Assembly: GCA_044356215.1 (NCBI GenBank)
Contig: JBIKWQ010000064.1
Span: 1-19,443 of the forward strand
DNA length: 19,443 nucleotides
Direction of reading: 5' to 3'
DNA from: Bdellovibrionota bacterium
Lineage (GTDB): Bacteria > Bdellovibrionota_C > UBA2361 > OMII01
Shown piece by piece: positions 1-7,898 of the stretch (within the stretch, counting starts at the first letter, position 1; every line of letters begins with the position of its first letter). Below the pieces are notes generated by a model. The model was not told the DNA's origin, ran no database searches, and was given only the letters and a program-made list of their open reading frames with translations. The position numbers were made by a program, and so were the translations under genes.

Positions 1-216
1 CTATGGAGGCCAAGCCCACCTTCGCACTGACGCGCTATGGAGGCCAAGCCCACCTTCGCACTGACGCGCTATGGAGGCCAAGCCCACCTTCGCACTGACG
101 CGCTATGGAGGCCAAGCCCACCTTCGCACTGACGCGCTATGGAGGCCAAGCCCACCTTCGCGCTGGCGTGATACGGCGGCCGAGGGGCCTCCTTCGCGCT
201 TGCGCGCTACGGCGGC
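1..216 (-). repeat. Tandem array of a 30-bp hairpin repeat (34-bp period) downstream of tRNA-Ser(GGA), running off the window start
   Basis: Unit CTATGGAGGCCAAGCCCACCTTCGCACTGACGCG occurs exactly at 1-34, 35-68, 69-102 and 103-136, then partly from 137. Variant hairpins lie at 151-180 and 187-216. The reverse complement matches the hairpins at 1036-1220. Confidence 0.95.
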
Positions 217-233
217 CTTCGCAGTATTGCTTA

Positions 234-324
234 TGGCGGAGAGAGGGGGATTCGAACCCCCGATAGGGGATTAGCCTATACACGCTTTCCAAGCGTGCGC
301 CTTCAGCCACTCGGCCATCTCTCC
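234..324 (-). tRNA. tRNA-Ser (anticodon GGA)
   Basis: Reverse complement reads GGAGAGATGGCCGAGTGG...CACGC-TT-GGA-AA-GCGTG, then a long variable arm, GGGGGTTCGAATCCCCC and TCTCTCC-G-CCA. Confidence 0.97.
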
Positions 325-429
325 GTAAGGGTATAATAGTAACAATCAAATTTTTAGTTGTTGCGCAGACTCCTGACTTGCGCCAGTTCGTCTCACCCCT
401 TAGCACGTCGTTGCCGACGATAAACTAAG

Positions 430-519
430 TGGCGGAAGGGAAGGGATTCGAACCCCCGATACCGTTTCCGGTATTCCGGTTTTCAAGACCGGCGCCATCA
501 ACCACTCGGCCACCCTTCC
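430..519 (-). tRNA. tRNA-Ser (anticodon TGA)
   Basis: Reverse complement reads GGAAGGGTGGCCGAGTGG...CCGGT-CT-TGA-AA-ACCGG, then variable arm ATACCGGAAACGGTAT, T-loop TTCGAAT and an encoded CCA. Confidence 0.97.
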
Positions 520-535
520 GCGAAACAGAAGTGTG

Positions 536-564
536 AGGGTACCGAGATCCCGTGTGGGAATCAA
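536..564 (-). promoter_or_regulatory. Putative sigma70-type promoter for the Ser(TGA)/Ser(GGA) tRNAs
   Basis: Minus strand TTGATT-N17-TACCCT, with the -10 box 16 nt upstream of tRNA-Ser(TGA). Confidence 0.55.
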
Positions 565-680
565 TGGCTTAGGTAGGATTTAGGGCAGAAAACCGAGCGC
601 TGCCGGTCCTGCAAGAGGGCTCACCCCACATAAAATCATCCAATTTACCCCCGCACCTATAAGTTATGACCTGGGCTGCC

Positions 681-708
681 TTGCTAAAGTTTACAGATTT
701 GGTACCCT
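681..708 (+). promoter_or_regulatory. Putative sigma70-type promoter for the Arg(ACG)/Ser(GCT) tRNAs
   Basis: TTGCTA-N16-TACCCT with a TG extended -10 element (TGG-TACCCT), 13 nt upstream of tRNA-Arg. Confidence 0.5.
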
Positions 709-721
709 TGCCAACTCACGC

Positions 722-798
722 GCGCTCTTAGCTCAGCTGGATAGAGCATCTGACTACGAATCAGAAGGTCGGTGGTTCGAATCCTCCAGAGCGCGCCA
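722..798 (+). tRNA. tRNA-Arg (anticodon ACG)
   Basis: Acceptor stem GCGCTCT/AGAGCGC, anticodon arm TCTGA-CT-ACG-AA-TCAGA, T arm GGTTCGAATCC and an encoded CCA. Confidence 0.97.
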
Positions 799-896
799 TT
801 TACGATGGATTTACTGGTTTCTGGTGGTCCGCAGTAACTTTGAGGCGCATAGTTCACACCCTTTTTAGGGCTGCCATATGCGCCGATCCCATACGC

Positions 897-990
897 GGAG
901 AGATGGCCGAGTGGCTGAAGGCGGCGGTTTGCTAAATCGTTATACGGCCCAAAAGCTGTATCGGGGGTTCGAATCCCCCTCTCTCCGCCA
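897..990 (+). tRNA. tRNA-Ser (anticodon GCT)
   Basis: GGAGAGA/TCTCTCC acceptor stem, GCGGT-TT-GCT-AA-ATCGT anticodon arm, long variable arm and an encoded CCA. Confidence 0.97.
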
Positions 991-1265
991 CCCTTTATTA
1001 AACAACAAATCACCAAAGGGCGAATCCCCGCCTTGGCCGCCGTAGCGCGTAAGCGCGAAGGAGGCTCCTTGGCCGCCGTAGCACGTAAGTGCGAAGGCGG
1101 CTCTCCGCCACCCTTTATTAAACAACAAATCACCAAAGGGCGAATCCCCGCCCCTGGCCGCCGTAGCACGCAAGCGCGAAGGTGGCCTTGGCCTCCGTAG
1201 CACGTAAGTGCGAAGGAGGCCGCCACCCTTTATTAAACAACAAATCACCAAAGGGGGATTCGAAC
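985..1265 (+). repeat. tRNA-linked composite repeat (115-120 bp period): tRNA 3' end, 30-bp trailer and two hairpin repeats per unit
   Basis: CCGCCACCCTTTATTAAACAACAAATCACCAAAGGG is identical at 985-1020, 1105-1140 and 1220-1255. Hairpins GCC(G/T)CC-GTA-GCRC-GYAA-GYGC-GAA-GGHGGC lie at 1036-1065, 1072-1101, 1157-1186 and 1191-1220. Confidence 0.95.
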
Positions 1266-1754
1266 TCTCTCGAGCGACCAAAAACCCCCATTTCCCCCAT
1301 ATTTTCTCGAAAAAACCGCGCTACTATCAGATATCAATTCAGCGTTAAGTCTAGGCCAAAATCGCCTGAGATAAATCTCCGTGAAGAACTCCATAACACC
1401 GATGTCTTATCAAGAAGCGGTTTTTTAGCTCATAAAATCAACATGTTAACCGTGGCAAGAGTGCTCCAATCTCCGCGCTTATCAATCTGCGTCCTTTTGC
1501 CAGATCCTCCTTTTTAACGCCCCAGATGTAAAATTACACAAACCGCTCTTCCCTATTTCGTAAAATCTGACACCGATTTGAAGGTAGGTTTCGTGTCGAG
1601 TAAAACTCACGTCACATCAAAGATGAGTCCGATAATGATCGACACTCTCTCTTTGAGTTGCGGTGGTAGTGGCTAAATATCTTCATATCATGAGGTATCA
1701 GCGATTCTGCTGACCTGACTGAGTGAAGAGCGATTTCGGGGGAGAAAAAGCTCT

Positions 1755-2096
1755 ATGCGAACTTTGGCTGTGTACTTTGAGTTGGGTGAATTAACTGAGG
1801 TCATCTTCAATGATGGCACAAGAACTGAGTCTCGCGTCTCAGTACGTGGAAAGACCGGTGGACCATTTCGCACAGCAGGATCATTTCAGTGGACCTCGGC
1901 TGTAAAAGCGCTGGCTCTGCTCCTCGTAAAAACCTGCGCCACTCCATCGGACGCTCTACTTCGTGGATTCGCCAACTCGCTCGCCGCTAGCTTGGATTAC
2001 GCGATATCAAAGCAACCTCTTTGGCTAATAGAGATGCTTGAATCGCTGTGTTCCCAATTGAGTGAGTCCAACCTGCAAAACCAGCAGGCGGCCTAA
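1755..2096 (+). CDS. Hypothetical protein (113 aa), possibly truncated
   Basis: ATG start with GGGGAG Shine-Dalgarno-like sequence upstream and protein-like composition. No family motif recognised with confidence. Confidence 0.5.
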   Translation: MRTLAVYFELGELTEVIFNDGTRTESRVSVRGKTGGPFRTAGSFQWTSAVKALALLLVKTCATPSDALLRGFANSLAASLDYAISKQPLWLIEMLESLCSQLSESNLQNQQAA

Positions 2097-2165
2097 AGCT
2101 TTTTATGGTCACGGCCGCCAGACTTGACACTGGCGCGTTGTAGGATAAGAGTGACTCATCACCAT

Positions 2166-2630
2166 ATGAGCATCACTCCTGAATTCGTTAATTACTTAAT
2201 GCGCGAGGCTCTGGCCGAGGCTGACCTCGCGGCTAAAAGTAATGAGGTGCCAGTTGGTGCTATCATTGCTCACGGTGAAAAAATTATTGGGCGCGGCCAC
2301 AACTCAACTGAGTCCGCTAACACAGTTGTCTCGCACGCCGAGATACACGCCATCACTATGGCTTCCAGATCGCTTGGCAACTGGAGACTCTCTGAATGTG
2401 TTTTATGCGTTACCTTAGAACCGTGCACGATGTGCCTGGGAGCTATTAGGCTTGCGCGTATACCGACACTTATATTTGGCGCCGGGGACTCCAAACAGGG
2501 CGCGGTTGGATCGCTATATGACCTAAGTCAAGATGAGCGCATGGGGAGAGGCCTGCGGGTGATATCCGGCATAAACGCGACGGAGTGCGAGGAGAGACTA
2601 GAAACTTTTTTCGCCTGCCGACGGAAATAA
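2166..2630 (+). CDS. tadA: tRNA adenosine(34) deaminase TadA
   Basis: Motifs EVPVGA, HAE and VTLEPCxMC, then FGAxDxKxGAVGS and a C-terminal FF..RR. ATG 2166 is preferred over the TTG at 2124. The substrate tRNA-Arg(ACG) is nearby. Confidence 0.88.
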   Translation: MSITPEFVNYLMREALAEADLAAKSNEVPVGAIIAHGEKIIGRGHNSTESANTVVSHAEIHAITMASRSLGNWRLSECVLCVTLEPCTMCLGAIRLARIPTLIFGAGDSKQGAVGSLYDLSQDERMGRGLRVISGINATECEERLETFFACRRK

Positions 2631-2910
2631 TCGGAAGCTGCGGCTCTGTTGATTTCTACGAATGCTCTTTGTGCCGCCCCTGATTTAGAGTCTAAATCTG
2701 TCGTTTATAGATCGTTTATGGCCTACCTTCCGATCGATTCATCAGTTCTAACATAATTTTATTATGCTCGAGATTGACTAAGGGTTTCGCAGTGCGTATC
2801 ACGAAGAGGAAGATCTCGGAAGAATTCGCTCCTTAAATTTGGGAGCGTACAGGAAAAATCACAAGGTTAAACCATGACAATAGAAACGAAGGCTGCACCT
2901 AGCATGGCTG

Positions 2911-4074
2911 ATGCGATGCAAGCGAAGCATTAGCTTAGCTAAAGGAACGCCGCGTGACCTATTTAAAAAAATGAAACACGGACAAATCACTGTTGGAGAG
3001 CTAATTAACAAGGATACGTTACCCTGTGACCAGCAGTTGGTTATAGATCGTGCTTGGCGAGATATCACAAAATCTTACGCACCACATGGCAATGGTCACG
3101 TCGCGGCGGCTTTTAGCGAATTTGACTCAACGGAAATATTCTCCGGCGTCAACACAAATACCGAGAACAGAGGGGCTTTCTGCGCCGAACGTGGGGCTGT
3201 TAGCGCCTAGGGGGCCAAGCGTGGCGTAGTGGAATCTGAAGTTCACGGAACTTTAGCGATCGTATACAGGTCAAGAAAGGTACTACTCTCACCAAATCAC
3301 AATAAACCGACAGGCAATCAGTTTCTTACTCCGTGTGGTACGTGCCTCACTTTTTTAAGCTCTATGTTCGGGCCACTATCTCTCACAATTCTGATGAATG
3401 ATGGAGAACCCACCCAACGAGCGACACTGCGAGATCTATATCCTCTAGCTACTGTAAGCGACTTAGCGGCGGAGTTCGCAGTGAGCTCTACATCAACCAG
3501 AGATCCAACTTCTCACAAAATACTCAAAGACCTATCGTCATGCGCTGAGTTTACGTCCAATCTGGCCTACCCGATTGCAGAGGAGGAATTCTCTAAAATA
3601 TCAAAGCAACTGAAACACGAGATACCTCGATCCTCAATATTTGGCCATGAAGACCTCAAAATCGCCGCGGCAAAGCTATGCTTAGATCCCTCTAACAACG
3701 AGGCTTTATCCTTCGTACACCGCTCAAATCAAACAGGATCCACGCACTCGATACAGGCGCTGTGCCAATCCGCCGATGCCAATCGAATTAAACACCCGAA
3801 AAGGGTAATTGGTCTAATGATTTCCATCCACTCCTCAAACGCAACTGACCGGTATCAGTTCTTCACCGGACCAGAGCGACAAAGGATCTTTGATATCGCG
3901 CAACTGACTGGATACGACCTTCCTGTTTTCATCTCTCTTAATGACCAAGGGTATCTTGCCTCTACGATATCTAAACTGTGTCCTCAGTTTAGCAGCCCAC
4001 TTCAGTCAAAAAGCGCTGCTGCTAATATAGAGCTTTACCGCCGGGCATCCCTTTTACGTTTGCCTTCAAAATAA
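2911..4074 (+). pseudogene. Two-domain cytidine deaminase-like gene interrupted by one in-frame TAG (3208-3210); pseudogene or read-through gene
   Basis: ORFs 2911-3210 and 3229-4074 share a frame. SYAP..VAAA..SGVN..CAER precedes the TAG and PCGTC...TLRDLYP follows it, giving the Zn-binding CAE/PCxxC motifs of cytidine deaminases. The start codon is uncertain. Confidence 0.75.
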
Positions 4075-4088
4075 CCAGGCGGTACCCT
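4060..4088 (+). promoter_or_regulatory. Putative sigma70-type promoter giving a leaderless udk transcript
   Basis: TTGCCT-N17-TACCCT ends 6 nt before ATG 4095. No Shine-Dalgarno sequence is present. Confidence 0.5.
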
Positions 4089-4094
4089 CCAACC

Positions 4095-4730
4095 ATGCGC
4101 CCATATTTAGTTGGCATCGCCGGTGGAACAGCTAGTGGCAAGACCACAATAGCCCATAAACTTGTCGACACAGCAGGACCGAACAAAGCCGACATAGTTG
4201 AACTGGACAGATACTACAGAGCTCAAGATCACATCGAGCTGGCTGCGCGCCACTCTCTTAATTACGACCACCCAAATGCCCTCGAATTCGAGCTATTAAT
4301 CGAGCATCTAAAGATGCTCAGAAACGGTGATGCCGTTGGCACTCCTGTATACGACTTTGCCACTCATACCCGGCTAAAGGGCCAGACTATTCGTGTAGAG
4401 CCCAAGCCAATAATATTTTTTGAGGGAATACTTACCCTTTGCGTGCCTAAACTTCGATAGCTATTCGACACAACTATATTTGTTGATGCCCCTGATGATA
4501 TTAGGTTAACCAGACGAATTGAACGCGATATACGCGAACGTGCCCGTACCAGGGAGAGCGCGATAGAGCAGTGGAACGCCACGGTGCAACCTATGTATCA
4601 GCAATTCTGCGAGCCATCACGAGCTTTCGCGGAAATGGAGCTAGATGGAACTAGGTTTAACGACGATCAGCTGCGAACTCTTTTAGATGAGCTAATCAAG
4701 AGAACTAGTCCGGAAGCTGTTTTGGCTTAG
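4095..4730 (+). pseudogene. udk: Uridine kinase interrupted by one in-frame TAG (4458-4460); pseudogene or read-through gene
   Basis: P-loop GIAGGTASGKTT, then DRYY, NYDHP, PVYDF and EGIL. After the TAG the same frame continues LFDTTIFVDAPDDIRLTRRIERDIRERAR...VQPMYQQFCEPSR to the TAG at 4728-4730, a normal Udk length of 211 codons. Confidence 0.9.
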
Positions 4731-4734
4731 CCCC

Positions 4735-5079
4735 CTACTTCACCCCTCCAAACGCAGCGAAGCACGAGTTTTTGTGTAGTAACTCGACATGCCTAAAACC
4801 GACTTTCCTTAGAAGATCAAGTTGGTAAGTCACCGGACGAGGAGAGTCCTCTCGGTCAATGTAAGCAAAGACCTTATCTCTATACTTTTTACCGCCAAGC
4901 TGCTCTAGATAGTCGCCGTAGCGAACCAACTATCGCAGCCTGAGTAATAAGCTCCATCGCCAAAGGTGCGTCCATAGTGGCGCTTTGTCCGGTTTCTAGA
5001 TTAGAGAATCGCTCTACATCTTTATCAAAACGCTCGCGGATCTCGTCGATAGTTGATTTTTATTTAATGGTGTGGTCAT
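4735..5079 (-). pseudogene. Class I SAM-dependent methyltransferase remnant with an internal deletion and frameshifts
   Basis: N-terminal KSTIDEIRERFDKDVERFSNLETGQSATMDAPLAMELITQAA (about 5060-4935) joins out of frame to C-terminal RYGDYLEQLGG...EDSPRPVTYQLDLLRKVGF...LHKNSCFAAFGGVK. The SAM-binding core is absent and ATG 5079 is out of frame with KST. Confidence 0.7.
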
Positions 5080-5103
5080 AGGAGGGTTTAGCTGATTAAT
5101 AAT

Positions 5104-5295
5104 TTATGCTGGCCCATTATTAACAGCTACCGTTGCGATCGCGTGCTTGTAGTCTCTATCCCTCGCTTGCTTCGTCGCCCGCTGGAGAAGCTCACCAGTT
5201 ATACCACCGCCTCGAGATGCAGGACTAACAACGTAAGCAAACCTAACAAAACTAGCTGGACGGAAGTTCTCCTCACCATTTGGTAGCTTACTCAC
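5104..5295 (-). pseudogene. GNAT acetyltransferase fragment
   Basis: Motif A-like VVSPASRGGGITGELL is followed by ATVAVNNGPA and a premature TAA. The N-terminal half and the terminal GF motif are missing. Confidence 0.55.
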
Positions 5296-5380
5296 AAACT
5301 CTTTTAATGAGCTAAACCAGTCTCGTGGTGATCACATTCACCTCTTCCTAATAAACATCTTTCGCGGTATAGATTTATCC

Positions 5381-6523
5381 ATGCGTACTGCAAAGCTTAT
5401 TATCCTCTTCGCCGTATCTATCATCCTGCCGTTTTTCACAGAAAGCATCTCGCCGGCAGTGTCTGAGAACAATCCTCCCGCTTCATCTGACACCAAAAAG
5501 CCCTTCACCGTCGGCATGGTCGTCCCGCTCTCTGGACCACTTGCCTTCTTCGGTCAGGATTACATGCGCGCCTACGAGATAGCTCTAGCTAACCGACCTG
5601 AGCTAGCGAACCTGTTCTCAATTCGCTGGGAGGACTCAGCCTATAATCCGCGCCAGGCGATATCAGCGTTTAACAAACTCCTCCTAGTGGATAGCGCTGA
5701 TCTTATATTTAGCTTTGGCGGACCGATGTTAAACGCGCTAGCGCCGCTTGCCGAGGCTCGCAAAGTTCCTTTTTACGCCTCTGAATCGGAGAAGAGCGAC
5801 TGTGAGGGGAGAAAATTCTGCGTGTTATTTCGCAATGAGCGACGTGAATGGGGAGAAGCAACCTGGTATGCCCTACGCAAAAGAGGCTTGAAAAATATAG
5901 CTATCGTTAAGAATCAGAATCAGTTCATGAATTCATTTGTGAACGGGATTATTGAAACTAAGCGCGCTGATGAATCGGTATCTATACTTATTGATGTTCC
6001 CCCCGGGACAGCCGATCTAAGGACCGAGGTGCTAAAGCTACGCGACACAAAGTTTGACGCGATAGGTGTCTACCTACTACCCGACTCCCACCACGGATTT
6101 ATAAACGCCCTAAGATCGATCCCCAAGCGGCCCCTTCTTTTCGGAGTCGAAGAGTTAATGCACCCAGAAAACAACCGCGGAAACGAGGATCTAGTTGAGG
6201 GCGCTTTAGTAATCGCTCCGTGGGTATCACCACAGTACAAGGAGCTCTTTGAGTCAAAACACGGAAGCTCGGCTGGGTTCTTTTGCACAGCCGCGGTGTA
6301 TGATTTCTTTAGTCTATTGGCTGACACCATTAAGGCAGATCCAGCCGCGCGAGGGCTCGATCTAATCTCTTCGATGCGGTTTTCCGGAACCCGCAAGGGA
6401 GTATCTGGGGAATATTTCGTAAAGGTATCTGATACCGGTGTGACATCTTACAGTTTTCCGATAGGAATATACCGCCAGGGCTCACCGGTGGTTCAGGATG
6501 ATGTGTTTCATGGGGGTAGGTAG
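5381..6523 (+). CDS. Periplasmic substrate-binding protein, branched-chain amino acid (LivJ/LivK-like) family
   Basis: N-terminal signal or TM segment, then VGMVVPLSGPLAFFG, WEDSAYNPRQAISAFNKL and a C-terminal GVSGEYF; 380 aa. Confidence 0.8.
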   Translation: MRTAKLIILFAVSIILPFFTESISPAVSENNPPASSDTKKPFTVGMVVPLSGPLAFFGQDYMRAYEIALANRPELANLFSIRWEDSAYNPRQAISAFNKLLLVDSADLIFSFGGPMLNALAPLAEARKVPFYASESEKSDCEGRKFCVLFRNERREWGEATWYALRKRGLKNIAIVKNQNQFMNSFVNGIIETKRADESVSILIDVPPGTADLRTEVLKLRDTKFDAIGVYLLPDSHHGFINALRSIPKRPLLFGVEELMHPENNRGNEDLVEGALVIAPWVSPQYKELFESKHGSSAGFFCTAAVYDFFSLLADTIKADPAARGLDLISSMRFSGTRKGVSGEYFVKVSDTGVTSYSFPIGIYRQGSPVVQDDVFHGGR

Positions 6524-6619
6524 GGGGAGCTAAGACTCTTGGCCTGGTGGCAAATTGCCATTAGGACACCTTATAGGATTGCTAGCGAGCTAGAAATCAC
6601 CGTGACTTAATCGCTCATA

Positions 6620-7756
6620 TCACGACGATCCTCTAGGAGACCGCCGCATCTCTAAGATCCTCTTTTGCTCCTCTGGTGTGAACAGGCTCATAACTTCTTC
6701 GCCATCGCGCAGGATGTGTCCACCAAGCGCTATGTGAACGCCCTCATGCTTCATAGCTGCCAGCCGACCCCATGCATATCCAAGATTGAAGGGAGCATCC
6801 GTGACCAAAGATGCCGTGTCAGCCAATGGCAAGCGCGAGCCGGTGACTAGTATTATCTTACTTCTAATCCGCTCCCGTAGTGTTTTCACCACCTCGCCCA
6901 TTTTGAAGAGTCCCATAGTTAGGAGAACTTTTCGCGTGGGGGCTTTCCGGATTCTCTCCGCTACAGCGTCAATCTCTGACTCGCTAAGATCGCGGCTATC
7001 TTTTGGCGAGACAGAGAAGAAGTTCACCTTTTGATTAAGATGTAAATGTTGGAAGTATTCCTTGACGGCTGATGATGCCCTCGGCTCCAGCCCATCTAAA
7101 CCATCCGCCTGAAAGTCGATAGTACCACCCGCGGATACCATCGTCAGTTCTTTGAATTCGCCCCAGTATGAGGCGCTCGGCTCTGTAGGCGTAAAGGTTG
7201 TCGCGTTGGTATCCTTAATTACCTTTCCGGCTCGTATCAACTTACCACCCATGCAAACCGCGGCACCATTAGGGATGCCGCTATCGAGTGCGGCCAGCGA
7301 CGCGCCGAGATTAAATGGGCCGTCGGAATTTGTAAAAGCAATTGGGGTTAAAGCTCCAGTAAAAACCACCCTCACGGAACCTTCTAATGCTTTAAAACCT
7401 TTGTCGCCGACTAACAAAGCCGCGATATCGGGCATCGCATATGTTCCAGTCGTTACCACAGAGGCTGCCTCTATATTTGCGCTAACAACCTCGTCGATAA
7501 TAGCCGATTTATCGTCAGGATTTAATTGTCGACTATCTTTTTGCGCGGCCTGTACCTAATAGACAGGACGGTTCAATCGAACAAGCCTGAGATGATCAGG
7601 TATAACCGAGAGCACCGCGCCACACTTTGCTGTATCATTTTGGGGATCCCACTGCGAGTCAATGGTTCCGCCGCTTATGATGAAATTGACCGCATTAGCC
7701 TTGCTTTGCCAGCCGCTGAATGGCTCGATGTTATTCTTAATTATCGAAGGGTGCAT
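6620..7756 (-). pseudogene. Tandem-domain asparaginase-like gene interrupted by one in-frame TAG (7556-7558); pseudogene or read-through gene
   Basis: ORFs 7556-7756 and 6620-7459 share a frame and are linked by 32 sense codons (VQAAQKDSRQL...). There are two copies of GGTID...KDSR...TGx...D(G/A)PFNLG. Confidence 0.75.
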
Positions 7757-7849
7757 ACCTCATCGCTCTCCACGTATAAACAAAAGTTCACTATAGCGAT
7801 GATCTCACAAGCGCCGTTCTTAAGCGACATCATGCTGCAGAAAACTCAT

Positions 7850-7894
7850 TTGACACGTAAAACCAATAGGTTATTATGTCGACGTCTTTCGACA
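7850..7894 (+). promoter_or_regulatory. Sigma70 promoter with an overlapping palindromic operator upstream of the TrmB-like regulator
   Basis: TTGACA (7850-7855), N16, TATTAT (7872-7877). Inverted repeat TGTCGA-N6-TCGACA at 7877-7894. Confidence 0.6.
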
Positions 7895-7898
7895 ACAT

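Noticed and set aside
1..1265. CRISPR array
   Set aside because: The 34-bp units have no spacers. The segments between the 36-bp repeats are about 80 bp, resemble each other and consist of hairpin repeats. No cas genes are present.
71..1517. ORFs 71-274, 137-406, 684-1226, 940-1281 and 1182-1517
   Set aside because: They overlap tRNAs and repeats, and their translations mostly mirror the repeat units.
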